A DNA stretch of 64,000 nt, taken from assembly GCA_035084275.1 (NCBI GenBank), contig CM068749.1:18104001-18168000 (forward strand), written 5' to 3'. Positions 14,088-26,003 of this stretch are shown here, piece by piece (positions within the stretch are counted from its first letter, which is position 1; the number at the start of each line of letters is the position of its first letter). The translations under genes were made by a program, and so were the position numbers. The notes beneath the pieces are model-generated. The model ran no database searches. It saw only the letters and a program-made list of their open reading frames with translations, and was not told the DNA's origin. Origin of the DNA: Hydrolagus colliei. Taxonomy: Eukaryota.

Positions 14088-14509
14088 CTGAAATGTGAGC
14101 ATCTCCATATGTGGAAAGGACCACTGGAACCCATTGTAACCAGCAGATCAGGAACAATTTCTCCCAAATTAGGACAAATCCTTCCTCGAACTCTACAGCA
14201 AACTCATGATGTCCTCGCGTCTGTTCAGCACCACCTCCCAAATACCTGCAAAGTACCATTGTTGGAACGATTATACAGTAATAGTAACACATCGTGAGGA
14301 ATGCACCTGAAGTGGTCAAGCCACATCTTCTGATCTCTCATTCCCACCCCTCCAGCCCCCCACACGAAAAAAAAAAGTTTTTTTTTGTTTGTTTCATTTG
14401 TGGACCAAACTATTCCAGAAAAGTGTATGACTACATTGTGTGTATAGCTGCCAATGTCACATTACTTAGCGACGGTATACACACTGTTGTTGCATCTCCA
14501 GCAGTAATA

Positions 14510-14600
14510 TAAGAACATAAGAAATGCTGGACAAAAAAAAGACTTAAGATCCATCGAGTTCATCTCCCACCTTCTCCGGCGGTGGCCTGCACTACAGTAT
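14510..14600 (-). mobile_element. CR1 LINE 3' end remnant
   Basis: aagaacataagaaatgctgga...aagatccatcgagttc resembles the reverse complement of a CR1 3' terminus. Confidence 0.5.
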
Positions 14601-16992
14601 ATCCTCAACTGCCCATGTACATATTATTATGCCCGTAATGTTATTCCCTAAAATAAAACTATCTAATCTGTGCTTGAAATAACAAGACCGTGACACGTCC
14701 ACTCGTCTAAATATATAAATGTGTTGTTGTTTTTTTTAAAAAAAGACTGGAACATGTAGAAATATGTTAAATGTACTAATTCCACCACCCCCACCCCACC
14801 CAGGAAACATACACACACACACAGTCTGACTCTGAGAAGAGCCAGACACTGAAGGGTTGGAGAGACAGATAGATCTACAGCGCGGATGCGTGCACTGTTC
14901 AACGTTGAGTCCACAGCATAGGTCTGTCTCATTGTTTTCTTCCTGAACTAGAGGTTGGCTGGAAATGTGGAAACCAAACAGAGTAAAGTAAGGCAAGTCA
15001 CATCGCTGTTGTGTCACAGTGTAGTCAGTGCAGTTGGATATTAATCTTCCCCGGTATGAATTTCGCCCAGAGCAAATGAATCTGAACAGAATAATAAAAG
15101 TGGCAGCTTGACCACTACAGCTAGGGTAATCTGGAAGATGCGACGCTGAGGTTTATTTTTTAATATTAAAAACAAGAAAACGTGCACTTTTATCCATTGC
15201 TATTTAGCCCAAACAATTGGATTTTTACACAAAATCAAAAACAAAAAGTATAGGGGGGGGGGGGGGGGGGGGAACACTTAGATATTAATTGGGATAAGGT
15301 TTAAAGAGTACAACGCTTGTGTATAGAGTAATATGATACATGGACCGAAAACTAAAACACCACAAACAAACGTCAGAATAATTATAATGGTTTGTATTTT
15401 TTTAAATAAACGAGATAATTACTCAATCGAGTCTCTAAGTCAATTGCTGAATAAAAATGCAAAAACGCAAAATGAAAACGGCAATAAGGGATAATTAAAC
15501 TTATAGTGGAGTAATACATTTAATAGCCAATATCAAAACAGTCATGTATGACAAGTCATTGCTGGGATACCGCAGCAAAACACAGAAATTAGATCAGACA
15601 CGTTTTAATAGTTTTTAAAATTAAATATAGCGGTCCCTTGTTATAATTTACCCAGCCTAACGCATTGTGTGTCTTCACATACAATTCTCTTGCATTTATG
15701 GGACTTTGTGCCACAATATTTGAAATGAAAATTGAATTAAAGAATGGGTTGATATTAATGCAGAACGGCCGCCACTGTTTTTTGTTTTGTTTTACATTCT
15801 TCGCTGATAGGAACAGGTTGGACAATGCAAAGTTTTGTTTTTCACGCGAGTTTGTTTGTGTCGCCATAAGTCGAAAAGTTAAAAAATATATTTATTACAC
15901 GTTATAGTGATTGTTACTGACACTTTACGACATTGAATCTTGAAGGCGGACTAGTCTAGTGGCGCATTTGTTGTAAAATCATTGTAATGTAAGTTGAATA
16001 TCAATCCCTCATAACTTTGTTTCCGGACATTCTGTATCTGGTACATATAAAGCCAGAGGAGACATTTGGTATCTCCGGTTTCTGTGCTAGAAAATCCCCT
16101 TGTGATCTAAATTAAAGCTGCAAAGAATGGACGGCACTGAAATCACTGTCGTTTATAAAAGATTCTTGATAAGATGATTTCAATCATCAAAACGCCACAC
16201 TTATGACAATGTAGGACGTGCATACATACGGATGTGCGTTATTATGGTTCTGTGTACACTGCGCGCTGTGGTTACTATATGATGCCTGTGTGTCAGCATC
16301 ACATTTCGTCAACGTTTCCAAATCTGAATATCAAAAGTGAATTACGGAAGGAACAGAAAACCCAATAGCGTTGTTGCTTTTTTTCTCTCTCTCAATGCTT
16401 CGTTTTAAAAAAGATATTCTCGTATCACTTCGGTGAAGAAAGAATTAGTTGGTTATCTGAGTTAATATGTCCGCACAAAACTATTTAACGCACGTCTCAA
16501 CTTTTAGAGTTGCCACAAACCGCAAACACAGACCTAACTAAAATCATGTCCTCAGCGCAATGCTGCAACTTTCAAAACTGAACATGAACGTTACCGTGTG
16601 TAATACACTGACAATATAGTACCTGTCTTCTTTATTATAATTGTTTTTTTAAAAAAAACCTGCTTGATTGGTGAAAGTTGGAAATCAATAGTGGTGGAGG
16701 CGGTGCAGTGAAACCATTAGTGTTGTTGATAAAATACCCCCCGAAAGGAAGTATTCGAGTTTTGTATTACACGAGTTATTCCACGCCTCATTTTTCTTAA
16801 CATCATTCACGAGGCTGTGATATAATGCACTTTGTACTTTGTTGGTATTAATTTGAGGCATCTGCAATACTTCTGAACTGTGAAATCTTGTTTGTACATG
16901 ACATATAATAAAAAAAGAAACGTTTTGCAGACCTCAAACACACCCAGAGAAGGACAGCATATAACGTGTCATACAATGCCCCCCCCCCCCCA

Positions 16993-17192
16993 NNNNNNNN
17001 NNNNNNNNNNNNNNNNNNNNNNNNNNNNNNNNNNNNNNNNNNNNNNNNNNNNNNNNNNNNNNNNNNNNNNNNNNNNNNNNNNNNNNNNNNNNNNNNNNNN
17101 NNNNNNNNNNNNNNNNNNNNNNNNNNNNNNNNNNNNNNNNNNNNNNNNNNNNNNNNNNNNNNNNNNNNNNNNNNNNNNNNNNNNNNNNNNNN
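16993..17192. other. Assembly gap (200 N)
   Basis: Exactly 200 N following a poly-C run, typical of a fixed-size scaffold gap. Confidence 0.85.
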
Positions 17193-17454
17193 TCTCGTCC
17201 CCTCTGTTCAGTTGTGTCCTTACATGGGAGCTCAAGCCCAATTGTGTACTAGTCCAATCCACACCCTCACATGTTACATGTTTTAGCACTTAACTACAGA
17301 CTCTTGCTCTGTTGTGGCCTATCTGTATTACAAAGTTAATTGTTTTTGCAGCAACTCATAGTGCAACCGTGCAGTACAAATCAGTATTAAAACACATTGA
17401 TTTGATTAATTAAAAATAAGACCATTTAATATGAAGCTCTTTATTACATTGAAA

Positions 17455-17784
17455 TGCTCCTGTGGCTCAGTGGTTAGAGCACTTGTCTTGCAAGCTGGGG
17501 AGACTAAGCCGGGGAGACCTGTGTTCGAATCCAGGCAGGTCAGGGCGAAACTTGGGCAAGTTTCCTTACTCCACACGCCTAATAATAATCCCTCCCAAAA
17601 AAAACACAATAATAAAATTGGTCATTTCAATCCACGCCTGTTTATGGGACACTGCAGTGCGGAATTGGCTGCCGCGATTCGCCCACAAATATACAGTCAC
17701 TTTACAGTATATTATGTGAAGGGCTTTGGGACGTCGATAAGATGTGAAAAGCACTTTATCAAATGCGAGGATTATTATTATTAT
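17455..17784 (+). mobile_element. Young tRNA-derived SINE (family A), full length
   Basis: A box tggctcagtgg, anticodon-loop-like cttgcaag (tRNA-Ala TGC-like), B box gttcgaatcc, cttgggcaagtttccttactcc, L2-like tail and (att)n. Confidence 0.93.
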
Positions 17785-20700
17785 GCTTCAAAGCACTTTG
17801 CACAATAAGCTACCTTGAAATGTCATGGCTGTGATAATGGAGCCAAAATAATAATCCTCTATAAAACCCATTTTAAACATTGGTTGCAAGTATTAAATCG
17901 CCACAAAATTAACAACAAATGTTAATCAGGAGATTGGTGGACAGGGCAAGCCATCTCAAAATAATTTCGGAGAAAATTGCTTGAGAAAAATTAAGCTTCA
18001 AAATTTATGGAGTTCCGTGGAAAATATAAATCCTCCTATCTGCTCCAAATCACTCAATACCTGAAAGCAATAGAGAATTGCTCTACCAGTTAGAAGAACA
18101 CTGTATTCATTCCAAGGGTCTGTTTTTGTAAACCTATCCCTTAAATTCTTCAATATTGTTTTATTGTCAGTATTTTTGTGCATAAATTCATTTTTATATA
18201 GTTTTACGACGAAACAAAACTGTTATGATACACAAAATATGCTCTGCATCATTGCATAAAACACTACTGTAATCATAAAAAATAATCAGCGTATTTGACA
18301 TAGCACCTTTCATTTCTGGAGGATATCTCGAAGCACTTTGCTGGATATACTGTAAAGAGTAGCGACAGTGCATATTTCTAGATGAAGGTGTAAACCGGGT
18401 TGCAGTGGAGGTCAGATTATTTACATTAAAACAAGTTGCTATAAGTCTTTGTTTGATTTCTTTTTCAGAAATTCCGTCGTTAGGAGTAAAATAGATGGCC
18501 ACAACAACTCAAAATGGTCTGGTCAGCCCCACAGCATCTTTCTAGTTTCAAATTATACCAACAATGAAAGATCCAACGTGGGACTAGCCTTGCTCCCTCC
18601 CCTCTCTTCACACAACATTATACCAGTAGAAGCAATGTAGCAGCTTTACATAGTGAAGGCAAATTTTAATTTCCACTATTAAAATCGCTGTGTTGATTAA
18701 CACAGCACTAAGTCATATAACATATCAAAATAATTGTTATTAGCATTGGCTTGGCAACTCCACTAACAGCGAATATAAAAGCAGACTCTATATCCACTCT
18801 TATGTATATACCCCAGAGAAGTGTCAGAAACACTGCAGATAATTAGTTAAGAGAGGTACACTGCATTATGCTTGCTCCTGTAGTGTGTGTACAGAATGAA
18901 TTCATGATCTGAATTCTTTACCAGTTCTTTGTATCTTAACCCTGTGTTTTTTATTCTCCAGTGACTCTACAGCTTCATAATATACTGCCTGACATGACAT
19001 TAAATCCATGGTACTTTTTTTTGATTGAATGAACACACTCCTGACCCTTTGAACATGAGAAAAACGCCCCTACGTTTACGACTTTGGTTTGTTCCTGCCC
19101 TGTTCCTGAAAGCTACTACAATTTGTAATTAAATGGTAGAATAAATAATGTAAACAGGCCACAGCCGTTTACTGTTCTTGAAATTTGGCTATGACCATTG
19201 TTTTTCCAAGCAACATGTACAAAACTCATCTATTTGTTTTTAGTGACGCACGATTAATATCTGTAACATACTACTATATGACCAATGGTGGAAATGAAAC
19301 AACAGCTTGATTATTCTTATAATTCCAGTTGTCAGTGTGTTGATTCATTATGAAAGTCTTTTCAATTAAGTGCTATAATTCCTAAATCTTGTCTTCTGAC
19401 TGTGTTGCGTTTCTGCATTTTTCACCACTGCACAAATTAAAATCTCTGACAGATTGCTAATGAGCTGATGTTGGAATTACTGAATATTCTGTTATCATTT
19501 GTCCATTCACAGTTTCTTCATCAGCCCATCTGTGCATGCGATGTAGTGTATTGCAGAGCAAGCAAGCTGGGGACAGCATCTCCATTTACACCTTGTCCCA
19601 TCACAAGCCTTGGGGAGAAGCTTTTACTAATTAAACTTTTCAACAAACACAGTGTCAACTTCTTTGGCTGCAAAGTAGTTGCATTTCTAGATGCATAAAT
19701 TGTTGGTCATGAATCCACAAGATTAGCACTAATCTCATAAATATTGCTCGTTTTCATCTCCCAACTATACATGTTCATTATTGTTTCCTCCACTTACATA
19801 TTGCAAATTTGCAAAATACTGTACTATAGTTCTGTTCAGAGATTATATTAACACCACATTAAATTTAATGAATATTCTCCAAATTATTTGGAAAAAATCA
19901 TTGTGTTTGAAGACAAGTGCCACTTTTTGTAAGACTGATATTTGAAGTTAAAAAAAACGATTAAACTAAATGGGCTGTGTTATCATTCACCCAGAGCAAA
20001 GTGGAACGTATTGCTAATGTGTCTGGAATCACATTATTAAAATCCCTTATTAAGAAGTACGGATAATATTTGAGAATTGTTGCGTACAATAAATAAATTT
20101 CCAAAGTTTTTTGTCAATAGATGAAGCAGTTAAGTGATTAGAAGCATTGTATTTCCCACGATAAAATCATTTTCTCTTTTGAGTGATAGTTCAGAGCACG
20201 GAGAAATTTGATAAAGAGCTCCACTATCCAATGGCAAATACAAATGTAATGTTTCAATATTATTCATAGTGAAACATAGTCTTTAAGAACATGAAAAGGT
20301 TTAAGATTGGTCTGATTACTTTAAAGGGGCCATTTTCATAGTAAATTTGAGACAGACTCAATTCGCATTGCCTGAGTTTACTTACTCTGCAGCAATGCCA
20401 ATCAATTGCCTACCCAGCAGCAGGGATTGCTTTACAATTGCATGCCCTCAACCACATTTATACTTTTCAGGATAGACTCAATGGCATTTGTGCATTGGAT
20501 TGACATAACAAAAAAATAACCCAGTGACACTGGGAAGACAGCCAAGAAAATGCTTTAACGAATTCCAGCAGGTAGTGACATGAGCACCCTCACTGAAATA
20601 CTTTGATGGCATATATGAAGTCATATATCTGGTGCTGCTTGTTCTCACGGATTGGTTGAAGTGTTTCTTCAGAATAGCTTTCACTAGCAGATGCCTCTAT

Positions 20701-21120
20701 TATATTTCTTAGAAAAGCAGAACCCAAATCGCATGTGAATTGAACGAGAAATGTTGGCGACTGTGCACAACAGTGAGAGATTTCATCAGTACATTTACGG
20801 GCCAAACAGGTAGAGGTTAAACCTGATCATAAGCCACTAGGTATGGGTTTAAAGGAAATCATGGCATTAACTTCATCCGGCCTGTGGAGAATGAAATAGA
20901 AAAAATGCAGAGAGGGGAAAATTGTTTGATTGGCATGGACACTCTTATCAAAAGCCGTGAAAGTTACCAATATTGTTCAGGGTATAAAAGGAGAAATTGT
21001 TTGTTTGTTGATTCATCTCCTCCTTCTAACTTGAGGCCACTAATTTCTCCCATGGTTCAACCTGGTTTTGTCCCTCCCTATGCAGAAGACACAAATGTCA
21101 ATTGTACCACTATCCCAGCT

Positions 21121-21190
21121 GAGATCAGCAAGCGGGGCAGGCTCGATGGGCTGAATGGCCTACTCCTACTCCTATTTATTATGTTCTTAG
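21121..21190 (+). mobile_element. CR1 LINE 3' terminus
   Basis: gcggggcaggctcgatgggctgaatggcctactcctactcctatttattatgttctt, the characteristic CR1 3' end. Confidence 0.8.
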
Positions 21191-21337
21191 GTTCTACCAA
21201 AGGGGAACAATCTGAGGCAAACATAATGCATATGATAGAATTGCAGAATTTATATCTGAACCACTAAATTTATAAACTTTGAAAAATCACGTTTTGCAAC
21301 ACATAAATAACAATGATAGAATCACATTGCCAAACAT

Positions 21338-21520
21338 TATAATAATGGTAATCCTTGCATTTGATTTACAGTAGCACTTTTCACATCTTCTAGATGTCTC
21401 AAAGCACTTCATGGAATATTCTGTAAAGCATATACTTGCGGGCAAAATGCTGCAGCCAATTGCACACAGCAGTGTCCCACAAACATTCATGGATTGAAAT
21501 GATCAATTTATTATTTTTTT
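21338..21520 (-). mobile_element. SINE family A, 3' half
   Basis: aatccttgcatttga...gcagccaattgcacacagcagtgtcccacaaac...ggattgaaatga. Confidence 0.88.
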
Positions 21521-21524
21521 GCTT

Positions 21525-21650
21525 AGACTTTCAGTACAGAAACAGGCCATTGAACCCAACTAGTCCATGCCAGTTTTTATGCTTCACATCACTTTCCATC
21601 CCTCCCTAATCCCCTCTCCCATGGCCCTCCATTCCCTTCTTACTCATGAA
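21525..21650 (-). mobile_element. CR1 LINE 3' end
   Basis: cagtacagaaacaggccattgaacccaactagtccatgcc is the reverse complement of a CR1 terminus. Confidence 0.65.
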
Positions 21651-22709
21651 TACCCTAAACATTAGACCATATTGGGCTTTACAGATGAAATAACAGCACA
21701 GAATACAGATCTTGTACAAGGAGGTAAAGTCCAAATATCAATTAACATGAGAGCTGAAATGATACAATTAGTGCAAACCATGAAAAGTTCAACTAGAGCC
21801 AGAGGTGTTATCCTTTGACAGATTTACAAGCACAGTGGTACATGAAGCATAGATCCCCAAATGTAAAATAACTATTGTGATACATCAAATGCTAGAGTGC
21901 TTTTGGTCCAAAACGGGAATAGAATTGCTTGAGTTAAACAATGCTTTGTATCTACCATTAGTAAATTGCTATTCAAATTTCTTTGAAATTATGGAACTTG
22001 AGAACACTAGATGCGAGATTATGATAGCTCATTGAAAGCCTTAATTTACACATCATAGTATGCCTGATAATTTTATAATACATAATACATAGGCCACAGT
22101 TCACAAGTGAGCAGTTTAAAAATAAATGGTATTCACATTTGATATCGCACCTTATCACGTCAAAATGTTTCAGAGCGTTTCACACAGTGAGTTACTTATT
22201 TTCCAAATGTTGTGATTGTTATTACAGTACAGTATAGGTAAATTCAGAAGCTAATCTATGGTGGTTGGACCCACAAACAAGACTGAACAATCAATCTCTT
22301 TTTTGGTAAATCTGGATTCAGAAGGAAAATTGGTCACAATTTCAGAAAATCAGAACAATTTAAATACAGATTAAGACTAATACAGGATAAGGCCTATTGT
22401 ACCTGCCAGCTCTTTACTTGAAATTTTCATTGATCAAATGTTTTTATCTAATTCCCTTCCAAGGGTGATTCACATGTTTGAATTGTCACTTTGACAACAT
22501 ATCCAAATAACTCTTTGAGTAAAATCAATTCTGCTAGCCTCTGCCATTATGCTCCTATGTGTTGATGCCTTTTTTTTCAGATTCACCCAATAGTGCGAAT
22601 ATTCTTTCAGTATTTACCCACTCAAAGCTCTTCATAATTCTGAATACTTCTAATACATCTCTTCTTAACATGATAAATAACATAATAAATAATGCATAAA
22701 TAACAGTCT

Positions 22710-22830
22710 TATTTGAAATGGTGGCAGGAGATCTTTAACGTCAAGCAGAGCAGATAGAGTTCACTTCAAAATCTCAATCAAATGGCAGCACCTCCAAAAT
22801 CCGTCAATCTCTTAGTTCAGCACTGACACA
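22710..22830 (-). mobile_element. Deu-domain SINE fragment, followed by a plus-strand L2 tail (~22833-22900)
   Basis: gagatctttaacgtc...tctcaatcaaatggcagcacctcca is the reverse complement of the Deu core (ggaggtgccgtc...taaagatc). Confidence 0.55.
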
Positions 22831-23026
22831 GTGACTGTCCAGCGCCTTGGGACGTCGTCCTGACATTAAAGGTGCTTTACAAGTGTAATTCTGTTGTTGT
22901 TGTGCTGTCAATTTATTCAAATCAGTACTTAATGTTTGGCAAAGCCGTACCAGGTATTGTAATCCCCACTTTGAATAGTTTAATGCTCAGCTATCAAAAC
23001 AACAACTTGCATTTAAGTATGTCACA

Positions 23027-23268
23027 GAGTCTGGTAGCTCAATTGTTAGAGCACTCACCTCACAAGTGAGAGACCTGGGTTCTATTATCGATAGGTTATT
23101 GTCATCTGTTATCCTCATGTATTTTGCTTGTTGGGTAAGATTCCTTACCCCACATGCTTCTGTTTACCTTAGCAGTAAGTAGGAACCTGTTGTCAGTGGA
23201 TTAGTGGATCACTTTTCGGGGATAATAATTCCTTCCAAAAAATCCCCAATAATATGGTATGGTCACCA
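23027..23268 (+). mobile_element. Older, longer relative of SINE family A (tRNA head plus extended CORE-like domain)
   Basis: Head gtagctcaattgttagagcactcacctcacaagtgagagacctgggttc, then ttgggtaagattccttaccccacatgcttctgtttaccttagcagtaagtaggaacc, rejoining family A at gataataattccttccaaaaaa. Confidence 0.75.
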
Positions 23269-23427
23269 TATAGATTTATACCAGCTGCTATGAATATTTT
23301 AAGAAGGAGTTTTGTTCTTGGTATACATTCATGCCTCAGGACTTTTCTATGTGCCCCTATGTCCTCCCGGCATGAAAGGCGCTCTAGAAATGTAATTTTG
23401 TTGTTGTTGCCACTTCAATCTACTTCT

Positions 23428-23578
23428 TTTTGTGGAACACTGCTGTGCTCAATTGGCTGCCATGTTTCACCCACAAATATCTAGTCAATTCACTTTACAT
23501 TTCATTTTGTGAAGTGCTTTGGGACGTCTAGAGAAGATGTGTAAAGCGCTATATCAAATGCAAGGATTGGATTATTAT
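23428..23578 (+). mobile_element. SINE family A, 3' half (preceded by an L2 tail at ~23355-23410)
   Basis: tttgtggaacactgctgtgctcaattggctgcc...gcgctatatcaaatgcaaggatt. Confidence 0.88.
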
Positions 23579-23799
23579 ACCATGCCCTTCACTTGGGGTA
23601 CTGTCTCGAAAAATGTTAACAATGCTGTGTTAAATTTGGTGCTGAGCTAGTGGGGGGGGAAAACAAGGGAAAATAAATCTATACCAAGAGTAAAACTCCT
23701 TCTTAAAATATTCATACCAGCTGGTAGAAATCTGTATTTTGTCCTTTTGGATCATTATAATAAACATCAAGGTAGCTTCTTAGGATTTCCAATGTGAAG

Positions 23800-24380
23800 G
23801 TTAATGGGTAGGAACAAACAATAATTATTTCCAAGAGATCGTTGGAGCCAAATACACTAGATGTCAACAAGTAGCGTAGTGTTTGAAGTATCAGAGAAAT
23901 TAGCACAAGATATGGTTTGATAGATATACTGGAACATTAACTTCTCCGAAATGGGAAACAAGGATGGCAACAAGCAGTTGTGATATAAATACCAAAGGAG
24001 CCTAGATTTTATATAATGACTGCTCCTGATAGACAGACAGATAGACAGACAAACAGACAGACAGACATACAGACGAAACAGACGTCATTTCAAGTTAGAA
24101 AACTGATTTGTCTGCCAGCAACAGCTTTGTGCTGACTTGTGGTAATGAACCTGCTACGTGCACTCGAGAGACTGTAGCGCACCAGCATAGAGCAGTAATG
24201 AAGTAGTAGAGACAGCAAGGGCAATTTCAAAGAAATAAAGACTCTGTCATGAGTAATATTGATGGTAGTCCTGAATGTAAATTTACAGATGAAATGAGAA
24301 TTAGTAGCATAGCAAGACAGTGATTGTTAAACCTACTAAATAAAGAGATATTTAGACTACAGATTTATACAAAGAGGGGA
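23800..24380 (+). mobile_element. Highly degenerate CR1 ORF2 remnants
   Basis: ~24276 reads CKFTDEMRISSIA, resembling the CR1 RT motif KFADDTKIGG. An endonuclease-like remnant lies upstream, interrupted by (GACA)n at 24031-24082. Confidence 0.4.
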
Positions 24381-24587
24381 TGACCTTCTTCTAGGTGTGG
24401 AGTACTCAAGCCATCCACCCTGATCTAATAATTAGGTGGATTGAAGGGTTAGCTGATTTGTTATCTAAAATAAGTTAACATCATGTGTTTTGCTTCAAAC
24501 ATTGGATAGATCTGCAATAAGACTTTTTAAGAGAATGAATTTACACCTATACTTATTTGTGAAAGCTACATATCTTTAGCAATATCA

Positions 24588-25003
24588 CATGTCAACTTGG
24601 AGTCAGCCTGCGCGAGCATGCACTTTCAATTGATGCCAGTTTGTATCAATTCGACACGATGTCCATGTTGAATTGGCACTAAAGTTGTAGTATAATTAAG
24701 TGGCATCATGTCAATACTGTATCCTGCTCCAGAAGCTGGTTTCAGAAACAAATCTGAATTGATGCCACTTAATTATACCACACATTTAGTGCGTAGCTGC
24801 ACTATAACTCCGGTTTTACTGCAGCCAATACAAAGAGAACTTTTAATTGGACTACCCTTGGGCTTTTTAAATGTTATTAGAGAGTTGGCAGGACTCCCAA
24901 CTCTTTAATAACTTTTTAAAAAATTAGTCGTCATTTGGCGCCAGTTAACGAAGCTCTGCATATGCGTTTAGTTGTAGCGCGCAGAGCTGTCTGTTACATG
25001 GAC
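24588..25003. repeat. Self-complementary (palindromic) element, probably an old non-autonomous DNA transposon
   Basis: Inverted repeats 24676-24708/24760-24792 and 24864-24888/24897-24922, plus imperfect outer arms (agtcagcctgcgcg / cgcgcagagctgtct). Confidence 0.65.
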
Positions 25004-25154
25004 TCACTCCTGGGGGATAAAGAGAGAGAGAGAGAGAGTCAGAGCAGGTGGTATATCTGCAGCTTCCATTCCAAATCACTCCACTATAGGCAAGGTATTG
25101 AATCAGTGTCAATCATACACCCGGAGCATGAGATGGACTGAATACATAAGTGTT

Positions 25155-25430
25155 AGGTGGCATTGTAAGCAGTCTCCTCATTATTGCTCTGCCCCCCCAA
25201 CCTCTGGAATTCCATCCAGCAGTCCCTCCGCCTCGCCCTCTCCCTGGCATCCTTCAAGTCCCGCCTCAAGACCCTCCTCTTCGACAGTGCCATCGGTCAC
25301 CCCCCCTTCCCTGCACCCTCCCCGATCCCAACTCCAACTCGGGTCTGAAACACTGACTGTCCAGCATCTTGGGACATCCTCCTGACATGAAAGAAGCTAT
25401 ACAAATGTAACTTTTTATTATTGTTATTAT
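25155..25430 (+). mobile_element. L2 LINE 3' fragment
   Basis: cctctggaattccatcc...ccttcaagtcccgcctcaagaccctcctcttcgacagtgcc...gactgtccagcatcttgggacatcc tail; homologous to 3880-4126. Confidence 0.85.
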
Positions 25431-25844
25431 ATTTGCCTACAAAACTCACAGTAACTACGCATTGCATTAAATCCTGTCAAACACTTTGAGACGTCCTCCC
25501 AACTTGAAAGACAATATGTCAAATGCAAGAATTGATATTACAATTTACAAACTGGCCTGATGTTGAATCACATCTGTGGTATATCTACATCTGCAGTACA
25601 TGTAGAAAATTTACAGGTTGGGCTTGCTTGGAGAACATACATTCACGAGAGCAGTGACATTCCATTGCTGTGTTGAAGTTAATTTGCAAGTGCTCAGATG
25701 TATTGTATGGAGTGCAGTCGTTAATGCTTTTACAAGTATATACTGTGAAGTTTTTGAGTTGTTGCTTTTGATATGTCTGTCTAGCGTGAAAGGCACTATA
25801 CCAAATATAGGAATTATTATTTAAGTCATATGAACATCAATATG

Positions 25845-26003
25845 AATATCCACGACTGTTTGTAGGACACTGCTGTGCGCAATTGGCTGCCACGTTTCGC
25901 CCACAAATATAGTCAATTCACTTTACAGTATGTTCTGTGATGTGCTTTGAGACGCCTAAAAAACATGAAAAGCACTATATCAAATGCAAAGATTGTTATT
26001 ATT
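25845..26003 (+). mobile_element. SINE family A, 3' half (older SINE tails at ~25432-25540 and ~25660-25822)
   Basis: atccacgactgtttgtaggacactgctgtgcgcaattggctgcc...atcaaatgcaaagattgttatt. Confidence 0.88.

Larger units (their letters stand above)
11400..16980. promoter_or_regulatory. CpG-retaining, SINE-free promoter-like region
   Basis: CpG is visibly more frequent than in the flanks (cggcgccggcgg, acgcga, gcgcgc). No family A SINE over ~5.5 kb. CT/GA-rich and C-run tracts at 13390-14090. Confidence 0.6.

Noticed and set aside
14224-14240. RE1 left half-site TTCAGCACC in the promoter-like zone
   Set aside because: The right half (GGACAG) is absent.
14952-14987. Possible 36-nt plus-strand exon (ttcctgaactag...AAA|gtaagg)
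   Set aside because: Weak signals, opposite to the inferred gene strand, and no partner exon found.
16993-17192. 200-N run as a masked conserved element
   Set aside because: The round length and adjacent poly-C fit an ordinary scaffold gap.
17455-17535. tRNA-like sequences with A and B boxes (also ~9370-9438, 28275, 31098, 47427)
   Set aside because: These are SINE heads that continue into the SINE body and tail; they lack a proper acceptor stem and are not tRNA genes.
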